From assembly GCA_034413595.1 (NCBI GenBank), contig DAOUMC010000030.1:19606-83605 (forward strand): 64,000 bases of DNA, read 5' to 3'. The notes beneath the pieces were generated by a model, which saw only the letters and a program-made list of their open reading frames with translations, was not told the DNA's origin and did no database searches. Position numbers and translations under genes: made by a program. Origin of the DNA: Dehalococcoidales bacterium. Lineage in GTDB: Bacteria > Chloroflexota > Dehalococcoidia > Dehalococcoidales > JAUWZL01. Below, one piece after another: positions 9,760 to 18,414 of this stretch (position 1 is its first letter; each line of letters opens with the position of its first letter).

Positions 9760-9780
9760 TCTCCCTTTTTCAAAGGGAGA
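9760..9780. repeat. Hairpin repeat TCTCCCTTT-ttc-AAAGGGAGA between hisA and hisI
   Basis: Perfect 9-bp stem. A related copy (TCTCCATTTATGAAAGGGAGA) is at 40875-40895. Confidence 0.75.
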
Positions 9781-9812
9781 AGTCTCCTATACCCCTTTGT
9801 ATGGTCAAATGT

Positions 9813-10532
9813 CTATTCTCTGCCAATCTCGTCCAGAGCCTGCTTCAGGTTGATAGCCCCGGTGTAGAGGGCTTTGCCAACTATCGCTCCCTCAACGCCG
9901 AGCTTGTTCAGCACCTTGAGGTGAACCAGTGACGATATACCGCCGGAGGCGATGACCGGACACCTTATGGCGTCAACCATCTCAAAGATGGCGGCGAAAT
10001 TGGGCTCGGTCAGGGTGCCGTCGCGGTTGATGTCGGTATAAATGAAACGCCTGGCCCCGAGCTTTATCATGGAGCGGGCAAAGTCCAGAGCTTTTAGCTC
10101 TGTCTCCTGTTCCCAGCCGTGAGTCGCCAGCTTGCCCTCCCTGGCGTCAAGGCCGACAATGACGGACTGGTTGAATTGGTGGCACGCCTCTTGGACCAGT
10201 TGCTGGTTTTCCACGGCGGCGGTGCCCAGAATGACCCGCTCAACACCGATTTTCAGCAGTTCTTCAATCGTTTCCATCTGGCGGATGCCGCCGCCGACCT
10301 GCACCGGAATCACCAGCGTGCTGGCGATGCCGGTGATGATATCCAGGTTTTTAAGTTTGCCGCTGGCGGCGCCGTCGAGGTCAATAACGTGAAGCCGGGT
10401 TGCCCCCAGCGACTGCCACTGCATCGCCATAGCCACCGGGTCGTCGGAGAACACCGTCTCCATGCCGTAATCGCCTTTGTACAGGCGCACACACCTGCCG
10501 TCTTTTATATCAACCGCCGGGATGATGTCCAT
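9813..10532 (-). CDS. hisA: 1-(5-phosphoribosyl)-5-[(5-phosphoribosylamino)methylideneamino]imidazole-4-carboxamide isomerase
   Basis: MDIIPAVDIKDGRCVRLYKGDY...VIDLDGA...IASGGISS, 239 aa. Confidence 0.9.
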   Translation of the reverse strand: MDIIPAVDIKDGRCVRLYKGDYGMETVFSDDPVAMAMQWQSLGATRLHVIDLDGAASGKLKNLDIITGIASTLVIPVQVGGGIRQMETIEELLKIGVERVILGTAAVENQQLVQEACHQFNQSVIVGLDAREGKLATHGWEQETELKALDFARSMIKLGARRFIYTDINRDGTLTEPNFAAIFEMVDAIRCPVIASGGISSLVHLKVLNKLGVEGAIVGKALYTGAINLKQALDEIGRE

Positions 10533-10569
10533 CTTCAGTCCTGCCCTAATCCGGATAACTAAATGAGCA

Positions 10570-10962
10570 TTATATCATCTCTTGCCTTGGGGTAACAATG
10601 AGCCTTTTGCCCTCCTGTGCTATCACGGTGACCTCTTCACCGACACCTATCTCGTCACCTGCCGTTTTTGCCTGCCACAGCTCGCCGGCGATTTTGACCA
10701 GACCCTCCGGGTCTAGCGGGCTTATCGCCTTGCCGTGACTGCCAACCATGGTCTCAAGACCGATAACCGGCTTTCTCTTCAGGGCGCGGCTGCCCGCCCG
10801 GTAGGTGACTATGGCGATGACAGCCCAGACGACCATCAGGGGAATAAGAACGGCTATGGGGATTTTGATACCCAGCCGGGGCAGGCCCACCAGTGCTATT
10901 ACGGCTATGACTGCCTCTTCAAATGTGGTGCTGATGATGGCTACAACAAGCCTGCCGTTCAT
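10570..10962 (-). CDS. NfeD-family small membrane protein (OB-fold C-terminus)
   Basis: 130 aa with two TM helices followed by [39 protein letters not shown], typical of short NfeD. Confidence 0.7.
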   Translation of the reverse strand: MNGRLVVAIISTTFEEAVIAVIALVGLPRLGIKIPIAVLIPLMVVWAVIAIVTYRAGSRALKRKPVIGLETMVGSHGKAISPLDPEGLVKIAGELWQAKTAGDEIGVGEEVTVIAQEGKRLIVTPRQEMI

Positions 10963-10988
10963 TTTTTTATTATATCAGGACTTCTTCG

Positions 10989-11018
10989 TTGCCGATACCC
11001 AAATTCGGGTGCTATAAT
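10989..11018 (+). promoter_or_regulatory. Promoter of the gatC operon (extended -10)
   Basis: TTGCCG (10989-10994), 18-nt spacer, TGc-TATAAT (11013-11018). The gatC ATG lies after exactly 7 intervening nt. Confidence 0.55.
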
Positions 11019-11025
11019 CTGGCTT

Positions 11026-11313
11026 ATGAAACTGACACGTGAAGAGGTTTTGCACATCGCCCGCCTTGCCAGACTGGGTCTGACCGAGGCCGAGGTGGAC
11101 AGGCTCAGCGAGCAGCTATCCCACATCCTGGAGCATTTTGAGGTCTTGCAGCAGGTGGACACCGCTGGCGTCCCACCCACCGCCCAGCCCAATCCCCTTC
11201 AGAACGTGCTGAAGGAAGACAAGGTTGAGGCTTCCCTCTCTCAGGAGCAGGTCTTGGCCAATGCGCCGCAAAGGGAGGGTGACTTCTTCAGGGTAAAAGC
11301 GGTACTGGAGTAG
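11026..11313 (+). CDS. gatC: Asp/Glu-tRNA amidotransferase subunit C
   Basis: [38 protein letters not shown]. The portion of the track ORF upstream of this ATG is antisense to the NfeD gene. Confidence 0.9.
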   Translation: MKLTREEVLHIARLARLGLTEAEVDRLSEQLSHILEHFEVLQQVDTAGVPPTAQPNPLQNVLKEDKVEASLSQEQVLANAPQREGDFFRVKAVLE

Positions 11314-11332
11314 GCCAGTAAGCAGGAGCTTC

Positions 11333-12001
11333 TTGTGTTGCCGTGCAGGTGCTCAGTTACACACAGCCGGGAGTGAATCTTTGTCATCGGGAGACCAGGC
11401 TACGATAGCTTTGCCCGAGCCGAGGCATGATGGCGGTGTCTCGGTGGAAGAAGCTATTCTCAGGAGAAAGTCGGTAAGGGACTATGCCAGCCAAGCCCTG
11501 ACTCTGAATGATGTCTCGCAGCTTCTCTGGGTAGCCCAGGGAATCACTGACCCGGCGGCAGACCCGAGAGTGGTGCCATCCGCCGGGGCTACTTATCCCT
11601 TAGAAGTGTATGTTGTCATCGGCAGTGTGACAGGTGTTGCCCCAGGAATCTACCGCTATGAGCCTGAAGGGCACCAACTACTGAAGGTGGTTTTGGGGGA
11701 TAAGAGACAGGAGCTGGCAGGGGCAGCCATGGGCGAGCGGTTCGTAGCCGAGGCGGCCATAGACATAGTCATTACCGCCGTCTATGAAAGGACAACGGCA
11801 AGATATGGGGGGAGGGGGATAAGGTATGTGCACATGGAAGTCGGGCACGCTGCCCAGAACGTCTACCTCCAGGCGGTGGCCCTTGACCTGGGGACGGTGG
11901 TCGTTGGTGCCTTTGATGATGGCCAGGTTAAAGCAGTTCTGAATCTACCTGATAATGAAAATCCACTTTACATAATGCCAGTGGGCAGAGTAAAGGATTA
12001 A
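11333..12001 (+). CDS. SagB/ThcOx-type nitroreductase-family dehydrogenase
   Basis: [29 protein letters not shown]...[14 protein letters not shown]...GIYRYEP...[15 protein letters not shown]. Start is uncertain (TTG 11333 or an internal TTG). Confidence 0.7.
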   Translation: MCCRAGAQLHTAGSESLSSGDQATIALPEPRHDGGVSVEEAILRRKSVRDYASQALTLNDVSQLLWVAQGITDPAADPRVVPSAGATYPLEVYVVIGSVTGVAPGIYRYEPEGHQLLKVVLGDKRQELAGAAMGERFVAEAAIDIVITAVYERTTARYGGRGIRYVHMEVGHAAQNVYLQAVALDLGTVVVGAFDDGQVKAVLNLPDNENPLYIMPVGRVKD

Positions 12002-12011
12002 AAGGAGCTCA

Positions 12012-13472
12012 ATGTTAAACGGCAAACATTTGACTATCCAGGAGGCATCCCGGCTGCTCAAGACAAAGCAGGTGTCGTCTGTGGAGTTAACCAGGGCTTA
12101 CCTTGAGCGCCTTCATCAACTTGAGCCCAGGGTTCGGGCGGTGGTTACCGTTACCGAGGACCTGGCTCTGAATCAGGCTGAAAAAGCGGACGAGAGGCTC
12201 GCTGCCGGTGATGGCAGTCCTCTGACCGGCATACCGGCGCTGATAAAGGACGTCATCTGCACTAGAGGCGTCAGAACTACCTGCTCCTCAAAGATGCTGG
12301 AGAACTTTGTCCCGCCTTATGATGCCACGGTGATGGAAAAACTGAATAGCTGTGGCGTCGTGGTGGTGGGCAAGACCAATATGGACGAGTTCGCCATGGG
12401 CTCGTCCACCGAGAACTCTGCCTTTTTCACCACCCACAACCCCTGGGACTTGAGCCGCGTCCCCGGCGGTTCCAGTGGCGGCTCGGCGGCGGCGGTGACC
12501 TGCGGTGAGGCCGTCTATGCCCTGGGCTCGGACACCGGCGGCTCTATCCGCCAGCCAGCCGGCTTTTGCAGTGTCACCGGCCTGAAGCCCACCTACGGAC
12601 GGGTGAGCCGCTACGGACTGGTCGCCTTCGCCAGCTCCTTAGACCAGATAGGGCCTATGACGCAAGATGTGGCCGACTGCGCCCTGGTGCTTAACGCCAT
12701 CGCTGGCTATGACCCCAGGGACTCCACCTCGGTACCTCTGGCAACGCCTGACTATACTCGGTGCCTTACCGGCGACATGAGGGGTCTTCGCATTGGCATA
12801 CCCAGAGAGTATTTCGTTGAGGGGATGCAGAAAGAGGTGGCCGATGCCATTAAGGCTGCCATTGGCAAGCTGGAAGAATTGGGGGCGGATATAGACTGGG
12901 AGGTATCCCTGCCCCACACCCCCTACGCCTTGGCCGTCTACTATATCATCGCCCCGTCGGAGGCTTCAGCCAACCTGGCAAGATATGACGGGGTGAAGTA
13001 CGGCTTTTCCTACAAGAATGCCGAGAACATGTGGCAGGCGATGGAGAAGACGCGGGAGCTCGGCTTCGGCGCCGAGGTCAAGCGGCGCATCATGATAGGC
13101 ACCTACGCCCTGTCCGCCGGCTACTACGACGCCTGGTATCTCAAGGCCCAGAAGGTGCGCACCATCATCCGGCGGGAGTTTGATCGGGCGTTTGAAAAAT
13201 ACGATGCCCTGGTGACGCCAACCTCGCCCACCGTCCCCTTCAAGATTGGTGAGAAGGTTGAAGACCCGCTACAGATGTATCTAAGCGATGTCTTTACCAT
13301 ACCGGTGAACATCGCCGGCCTGCCGGCCATCTCAATTCCCGCCGGCTTTGCCGGTGGACTGCCCATCGGACTCCAGATTATCGCCAGGCCCTTCGCCGAG
13401 GAAACGATATTAAGGATTGCCCACGCCTACCAGCAGGCAACCGACTGGCACAAGAAGAGACCGAATATTTAG
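12012..13472 (+). CDS. gatA: Asp/Glu-tRNA amidotransferase subunit A
   Basis: 486 aa with the amidase signature [11 protein letters not shown] and [12 protein letters not shown]. Confidence 0.95.
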   Translation: MLNGKHLTIQEASRLLKTKQVSSVELTRAYLERLHQLEPRVRAVVTVTEDLALNQAEKADERLAAGDGSPLTGIPALIKDVICTRGVRTTCSSKMLENFVPPYDATVMEKLNSCGVVVVGKTNMDEFAMGSSTENSAFFTTHNPWDLSRVPGGSSGGSAAAVTCGEAVYALGSDTGGSIRQPAGFCSVTGLKPTYGRVSRYGLVAFASSLDQIGPMTQDVADCALVLNAIAGYDPRDSTSVPLATPDYTRCLTGDMRGLRIGIPREYFVEGMQKEVADAIKAAIGKLEELGADIDWEVSLPHTPYALAVYYIIAPSEASANLARYDGVKYGFSYKNAENMWQAMEKTRELGFGAEVKRRIMIGTYALSAGYYDAWYLKAQKVRTIIRREFDRAFEKYDALVTPTSPTVPFKIGEKVEDPLQMYLSDVFTIPVNIAGLPAISIPAGFAGGLPIGLQIIARPFAEETILRIAHAYQQATDWHKKRPNI

Positions 13473-13486
13473 GAGGAGGTAAGGGT

Positions 13487-13741
13487 ATGGATGAAATTGT
13501 TTGCCTTGCATGTGGGAAAACTGTTAAGCTACCGCAATTTATTGATACCGACAATTATGACGGCCAAGTAGTTTGCCAGGAATGTAAATCTCTCCTACAT
13601 GTAAAATTGGTCAAGGGAAAAGTACAGAAATACAAAATTGTAAGAGAAAAATCCGAGGATTTCGATTTTACCGAGCATGTTTTGCGTTTACAAAAGGAGC
13701 GAAACCAACAATTAAAAGGGAAAGAGGATGCTTCTCGATAA
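13487..13741 (+). CDS. Small zinc-ribbon protein (hypothetical), AT-rich
   Basis: 84 aa with two CxxC pairs (CLACG ... CQECK). GGAGG lies 8 nt upstream, 14 nt after the gatA stop. Line 13501-13560 is 23/60 G+C versus 43/60 at 12501-12560. Confidence 0.6.
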   Translation: MDEIVCLACGKTVKLPQFIDTDNYDGQVVCQECKSLLHVKLVKGKVQKYKIVREKSEDFDFTEHVLRLQKERNQQLKGKEDASR

Positions 13742-13800
13742 GGTTTAAGTAAAGCGGCAACCTTACTAACGGAATCAGTTCTGTTTACGAAGGGGATAAA

Positions 13801-14886
13801 TTGTTCTGGAAAAAGCTTAAGAAAGCCCAGTCTGCCAACAAGCTCTTTAGTCAAGCTAACCAAGCATGGCGACAACGTAAGTGTTGTCTGCTTAATGGCG
13901 ATGATGATGGGGCTAAACAGGCTTGTATAGAGGTTATTAGACTATGCCAGTTATCGTTAGATGAGGATGAGCGAATAGGTGATGCTTATGTTTTACTGGC
14001 AAATGCATTACTAGCAGAGGCATCTCATCTTTCCAGGCAATCAAATCCATACCAATATAGTTTATTGCAGCCTAGAGGGGCTTCAGTCATCCATTGGTGG
14101 CATTCGCTGCCACACAGGGGTTATCCGATTACAAAAAATAAAGCCATTGGTGACCAATTATGGAGCAGTGCAGTTGAACAACTTATGCGAGATAAGGCGA
14201 CACCTGAAGATGGCGTGTTATCGTTAATGAACTCTTGGAAGGACAGCCTAGCGGTTAATACTATCTCGCCAATTAGCTTCCAGCATATCAAAGAGCTTAT
14301 TGATGGCCACTATGAAATGGGCGAGTATATGATTGGGAAAGCTGTAGAACTCTTCACAATTGCTGCAACATGTAAAGTGAATGCAAAGGAAATGCTTAAC
14401 GGATTAGTTGATTCTATGAAAGTGGCCAGTGAGCTGGTAAATGCACAACACTCTCAGGGCTGGAAATATAGCCGGTGGGCCATATGGTTGGAAACCTTTT
14501 TGGAAGAGTGGAGCTGTAAATGTTTTTTGGTATGGCAGGACAAGCATGGTGTTTTAACAGATTACCAGTTAATGTATAATTTGTGGCTTTCTGGTTTTGA
14601 ACCTTTGTGGCTAGTGGGGTGTGATATTGCACGAGCCGACCGAAGGGAAAATATAAAGTGGGGTATGTCTGAGTATTTATCTAATAAATCAGAGCCTGTC
14701 TCTAAGACTGATGAGGAGGCATTTTGGAAATTTACTAATAGTTACGATGAAGCTGCATTAAAAGCAATTGATTTATTTAAAGGAAAGCAAAGACAAGCTA
14801 TCAAACGAACTTTAAAAGAAATGAGAGACTATGATAGTGATACGCCAGAAGGGAAACTGAAACGTTTTATGTCTACGCTGGAGTAA
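13801..14886 (+). CDS. Hypothetical protein, Trp-rich and predicted helical, no recognised domain
   Basis: 361-aa uninterrupted ORF in AT-rich DNA. TTG start with GAAGGGGA upstream. No antisense alternative. Confidence 0.65.
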   Translation: MFWKKLKKAQSANKLFSQANQAWRQRKCCLLNGDDDGAKQACIEVIRLCQLSLDEDERIGDAYVLLANALLAEASHLSRQSNPYQYSLLQPRGASVIHWWHSLPHRGYPITKNKAIGDQLWSSAVEQLMRDKATPEDGVLSLMNSWKDSLAVNTISPISFQHIKELIDGHYEMGEYMIGKAVELFTIAATCKVNAKEMLNGLVDSMKVASELVNAQHSQGWKYSRWAIWLETFLEEWSCKCFLVWQDKHGVLTDYQLMYNLWLSGFEPLWLVGCDIARADRRENIKWGMSEYLSNKSEPVSKTDEEAFWKFTNSYDEAALKAIDLFKGKQRQAIKRTLKEMRDYDSDTPEGKLKRFMSTLE

Positions 14887-14929
14887 GGATAAGAAGAGTC
14901 CAAGATAGGTTTAGTCTCTTGTAAACCAT

Positions 14930-14961
14930 CCCCCTTTGGAAAGGGGGATTAAGGGGGATTT
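14930..14961. repeat. Hairpin repeat CCCCCTTT-gg-AAAGGGGG + ATTAAGGGGGATTT
   Basis: 8-bp perfect stem. The tail motif GGGGGATTAAGGGG is shared with 3399-3412 and 59622-59636. Confidence 0.8.
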
Positions 14962-14969
14962 AGAAAGAG

Positions 14970-15209
14970 TTGAATACTCTTAAAGTCAATTGCTATTCCG
15001 GTCACACCTATGCCCAGAGGCCGGTGTCTTTTAGCTGGCAGGGGATGGACTATGAGGTCGAGGAAGTGGAAAAGGAGTGGCTGGAGCCGGAGAAAAGGTG
15101 CTTTCTGGTCAAAACAGTTGATAACAAATCCTTTCAACTCTGCTATAATGAAGCCCTGAACGAATGGTCAATATCAAGGGGGAGTCTTAGAGGGGCGAAG
15201 TCCCTCTAA
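14970..15209 (+). CDS. Small hypothetical protein (79 aa)
   Basis: TTG start. The last about 10 codons run into a hairpin repeat, and the ORF contains a promoter-like TGcTATAAT for lrp. Coding status uncertain. Confidence 0.4.
   Translation: MNTLKVNCYSGHTYAQRPVSFSWQGMDYEVEEVEKEWLEPEKRCFLVKTVDNKSFQLCYNEALNEWSISRGSLRGAKSL
15141..15149 (+). promoter_or_regulatory. Extended -10 element (TGcTATAAT) upstream of lrp
   Basis: Exact TGcTATAAT about 84 nt upstream of the lrp ATG. No good -35. Confidence 0.35.
15189..15207. repeat. Hairpin repeat AGAGGGgcgaagtCCCTCT (degenerate member of the AGAGGGGC family)
   Basis: 6-bp stem AGAGGG/CCCTCT. Confidence 0.6.
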
Positions 15210-15232
15210 ATAAAACAAGGGGTAAGGCAAAT

Positions 15233-15715
15233 ATGCTAAAAGACATACTTAAAATACTGGAAGAAGACGCCCGGGCTACTCCCAAACAGATAGCCACCAT
15301 GACCGGCAGTTCGGTTGATGAGGTGACAAGGCTCATCAAGAAGGCCGAGGAAGAGCGGGCTATCCTGAAATACAAGACCCTGATAAACTGGGACAAGGTT
15401 GGCGACGAGCGCGTCTGGGCGCTGATAGAGGTCAAGATTACGCCGCAGAGGGACGTCGGCTTTGACGCCATCGCCGAGCGCATCTACCGCTTCCCTCAGG
15501 CCCGCAGCGTCTATCTGGTGTCCGGGGCGTTTGACCTGGCGGTACTGGTAATGGGCAAGTCCATGCACGAGGTAGCCGATTTTGTCACCCAGGAGCTGGC
15601 GCCCATAGAAGGGGTGCGGGAGACGGCGACCCACTTTTTGCTCAAACACTACAAGGAGGACGGGGAGATTATCGGTGGCGGGGAAGAGACCAAACGCCAG
15701 CCGGTGATTCTCTAA
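15233..15715 (+). CDS. lrp: Lrp/AsnC-family transcriptional regulator
   Basis: MLKDILKILEEDARATPKQIATMTGSSVDEVTRLIKKAEE (HTH) plus a C-terminal RAM-like domain. Confidence 0.9.
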   Translation: MLKDILKILEEDARATPKQIATMTGSSVDEVTRLIKKAEEERAILKYKTLINWDKVGDERVWALIEVKITPQRDVGFDAIAERIYRFPQARSVYLVSGAFDLAVLVMGKSMHEVADFVTQELAPIEGVRETATHFLLKHYKEDGEIIGGGEETKRQPVIL

Positions 15716-15728
15716 TCTTAGAGACTCC

Positions 15729-16928
15729 ATGAAAGCAGATAAGTTAGCCCGGCTAGATAAATACCGTGGCTTAATCTCTCAGAGGGCAAGGATGATATCC
15801 CCTTCGGGCATAAGGAAGTTCTTTGACCTGCTGTCGTCTATGGAAGGGATTATTTCACTCGGTGTCGGCGAGCCGGACTTCGCCACTCCGTGGCAAATCC
15901 GCGAGACAGCCATTCATTCCATAGAAAAGGGCGATACCATGTACACCTCAAACCTGGGCATGCCCGAGCTGCGCCGGGAGCTGGCCGGGTACCTCAAGAC
16001 TGGCTATAACCTGGACTACGACCCGGACACAGAGCTGCTGATTACCGTCGGTGTCAGTGAGGCCTTAGACCTGGCGATGCGGGCCATTCTCGACACCGGG
16101 GATGAGGTCATCATGCCCGACCCGCACTACGTCTCCTATGACTCCTGCGTTATCCTGGCCGAAGGCACTCCGGTGATGGTGTGCACCGACGAGGAAGACG
16201 GTTTTGAGGTCAGCGCCCAGGGTATTGAAGCCAGGATTACCGATAAAACCAAGGCCATCCTGCTGGGCTACCCGGCCAATCCCACCGGGGCCGTCATGCC
16301 CCGGGACAAGCTGGAGCAGATAGCCGAGGTCGCCCGCCGCCATAACCTGCTGGTGGTCTCGGACGAAATCTATTGCCGTCTGGTCTACGGTGTGGAGCAC
16401 ACCTGTCTGGCGACCCTGCCCGGAATGAAGGAGAGCACCGTATTGCTGGGCGGTTTTTCCAAGGCTTATGCCATGACCGGCTGGCGCATCGGCTACACCG
16501 CCGCCAGCAGAGAGATAATCGCTGCCATGACCAAGATTCACCAGTACACCATTATGTCCGCCCCGACCATGGGGCAGGTGGCGGCCATTGAGGCGCTGAA
16601 ATCGGGCGAGGACAGCGTTGTTGAGATGGTCGAGGACTACAACCGCCGGCGGCTGGTTATGGTCAAAGGGCTGTGCGAAATCGGGCTGTCCTGCTTTGAG
16701 CCCAGGGGTGCCTTCTACGCCTTTCCCTCAATCAAAAGCACCGGCATGAGTTCGGAGGAGTTTGCCGAAAAGCTCCTCTTTGAGGAAAAGGTGGCCGTAG
16801 TTCCCGGTAACGCCTTCGGGCAGTGCGGTGAAGGCTATGTCCGCTGCTGCTACGCCACCTCTCTGGCGGAGATAGAGGAAGCCCTGGAGAGAATGAAGCG
16901 GTTTCTGGATAGACATAGGAAAGGATAG
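15729..16928 (+). CDS. PLP-dependent aminotransferase, class I/II (aspartate aminotransferase-like)
   Basis: 399 aa with GEPDF, NPTG and the SKAYAMTGWRIGY Lys-PLP motif. Confidence 0.9.
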   Translation: MKADKLARLDKYRGLISQRARMISPSGIRKFFDLLSSMEGIISLGVGEPDFATPWQIRETAIHSIEKGDTMYTSNLGMPELRRELAGYLKTGYNLDYDPDTELLITVGVSEALDLAMRAILDTGDEVIMPDPHYVSYDSCVILAEGTPVMVCTDEEDGFEVSAQGIEARITDKTKAILLGYPANPTGAVMPRDKLEQIAEVARRHNLLVVSDEIYCRLVYGVEHTCLATLPGMKESTVLLGGFSKAYAMTGWRIGYTAASREIIAAMTKIHQYTIMSAPTMGQVAAIEALKSGEDSVVEMVEDYNRRRLVMVKGLCEIGLSCFEPRGAFYAFPSIKSTGMSSEEFAEKLLFEEKVAVVPGNAFGQCGEGYVRCCYATSLAEIEEALERMKRFLDRHRKG

Positions 16929-16940
16929 TCTTTTTCTTTA

Positions 16941-17009
16941 ACCCTATCCCCTATATCCCCCTCCCCTTAGCAAGGGGAAACTTGTTTTAAGAGGGGCTAG
17001 CGCCCCTCT
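16941..17009. repeat. Hairpin repeat cluster (CCCCTT-agc-AAGGGG; AGAGGGGC-tagc-GCCCCTCT)
   Basis: Stems at 16963-16968/16972-16977 and 16990-16997/17002-17009. Forms the left border of the AT-rich islet. Confidence 0.8.
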
Positions 17010-17083
17010 CAGGAAGCTCACCCCATATGAAATAATTAGGGCTTGACCTGCTTCATGGTTGGTATTAAATATAAAGAAGAAAG

Positions 17084-17111
17084 CCTATGGAGAAATTCCG
17101 TAGGTTTTTTT
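17084..17111 (+). terminator. Intrinsic terminator-like hairpin plus T7 run
   Basis: CCTATGG (17084-17090) / CCGTAGG (17098-17104) with one G-U pair, then TTTTTTT (17105-17111). Confidence 0.55.
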
Positions 17112-17164
17112 ATTAAAAATGTTGAAGGATTATTGATTAATTACTGCTTTTGTAATATCATTCG

Positions 17165-17208
17165 ACAAATTACATAATTTGTTTTACCATATGTTTGTAA
17201 CTTACAAA
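17165..17208. promoter_or_regulatory. Two AT-rich palindromes upstream of the nuclease ORF (possible operator)
   Basis: ACAAATT-acat-AATTTGT (17165-17182) and the 15-nt palindrome TTTGTAAcTTACAAA (17194-17208), 13 nt before the ATG. Confidence 0.35.
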
Positions 17209-17220
17209 TAAGGCAGACAT

Positions 17221-17730
17221 ATGGCTAAGACAAAAGTAGTCTCAGACAGATTAGCCAAAGTAAAGTGTAGGGAATGGCTGGAGAAGGTTGGATTTACAGA
17301 TGTAAAACCAGCAAGAAAACAAAGTTGTGATTTAACAGCAAGAAAATCCGATAAGAATTATTTTATTGAGATTAAGTATTCTTCAAAGGAAAGTGGTAGT
17401 TATTTCGGCACAGTTATGCTGACTGAAATGTTTCAGGCGATTTGTAACAAAGACAATTACTTGTTCTTAGTCTGTAGAGGCAAAAGTGGCGATATAAATG
17501 ATTGGTTTTTTAAGCTATTCAGCGTTGAAGATTTTATTAAATGTTGCACATTAACAACGCCTATTTTCCTATATCATTTGGATGTAGAAGGTCATTCCAA
17601 TTTAACCGTTCCAAACTTCTCAAAAAATACTACACTAGCTTCAGAGTCGCTAATAAGACATATGTGGAAAGACTTCAAAAAGTGGAAATCAAAGTTATCT
17701 CTATCTAAAGGGGGAAGCAATAATGAATAG
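17221..17730 (+). CDS. Putative PD-(D/E)xK-fold nuclease (restriction-endonuclease-like), hypothetical
   Basis: 169 aa. A helix (VKCREWLEKVGF) is followed by CDLTARKSDKNYFIEIKYS, a D...(E)xK arrangement like YraN/Hjc-type nucleases. Line 17281-17340 is 21/60 G+C. Confidence 0.55.
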   Translation: MAKTKVVSDRLAKVKCREWLEKVGFTDVKPARKQSCDLTARKSDKNYFIEIKYSSKESGSYFGTVMLTEMFQAICNKDNYLFLVCRGKSGDINDWFFKLFSVEDFIKCCTLTTPIFLYHLDVEGHSNLTVPNFSKNTTLASESLIRHMWKDFKKWKSKLSLSKGGSNNE

Positions 17731-17938
17731 CACGAAGTATACTTTGACTAAGTATGAAACAATACGTAGAACCGAAAAAGTTGAGTATATGGTGGAGATT
17801 CCCGAGAATGCCAAGAATAAAACAGAATACGCTAATGAGCAAATATTAGATAGCAATTATTTAGAATATAAAGTTGCGGATATAGTTGATAGCGAAATGC
17901 TTTATGAAGAAATTCAGAGCTTGCGTAAGGTCAGGTAG
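17723..17938 (+). CDS. Small acidic hypothetical protein (71 aa)
   Basis: ATG overlaps the stop of the preceding ORF by 8 nt (translational coupling). No recognised domain. Confidence 0.45.
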   Translation: MNSTKYTLTKYETIRRTEKVEYMVEIPENAKNKTEYANEQILDSNYLEYKVADIVDSEMLYEEIQSLRKVR

Positions 17939-18414
17939 AGGAAAGAATATACTGGCTTTACAAGCCTATTGGTAAGCATTATATAGGAAGGGAACTAAAG
18001 CCGAAACACGCTTTGCTGACTTCCATATGGAGATTCCCTCCTGAGCAGGCAAATTCACATCCGGCTCCCTTCCCTATCGCTCTGCCTATTAGAGCGATTT
18101 ACTCTGTTATGGATGATAATAGAGGTCTTGTAATTGACCCATATTGTGGCAGTGGCACCACTCTAGTTGCCGCAAAACTGCTGGGGCATGATTTTATAGG
18201 TATTGATATTTCGTTAGAATATGTTGACCATGCCAAAGGAAGGCTACATAATTGTGAGAGCGAAAGACGAGCCTTGCTCGAAGAACTAGAAAAACATAGA
18301 GTATCAAAAACTTTCTCAGAAAGAAAACAGAACGGCGGATATACCGGTAGATTTAGGCAAAACAAGGGTAATTCTATAACCGAACAAATACCTCTCGAGT
18401 TATTTAAAAGTTAG
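17929..18414 (+). pseudogene. 5'-truncated beta-class DNA (N4-C/N6-A) methyltransferase remnant
   Basis: Retains HPAPFPIALP and motif I (VIDPYCGSGTTLVAA) plus the C-terminus. Homology to the intact MTase at 35760 starts right after a TAA at 17926. The catalytic (S/D)PPY motif IV region is absent in all frames upstream. Confidence 0.7.
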
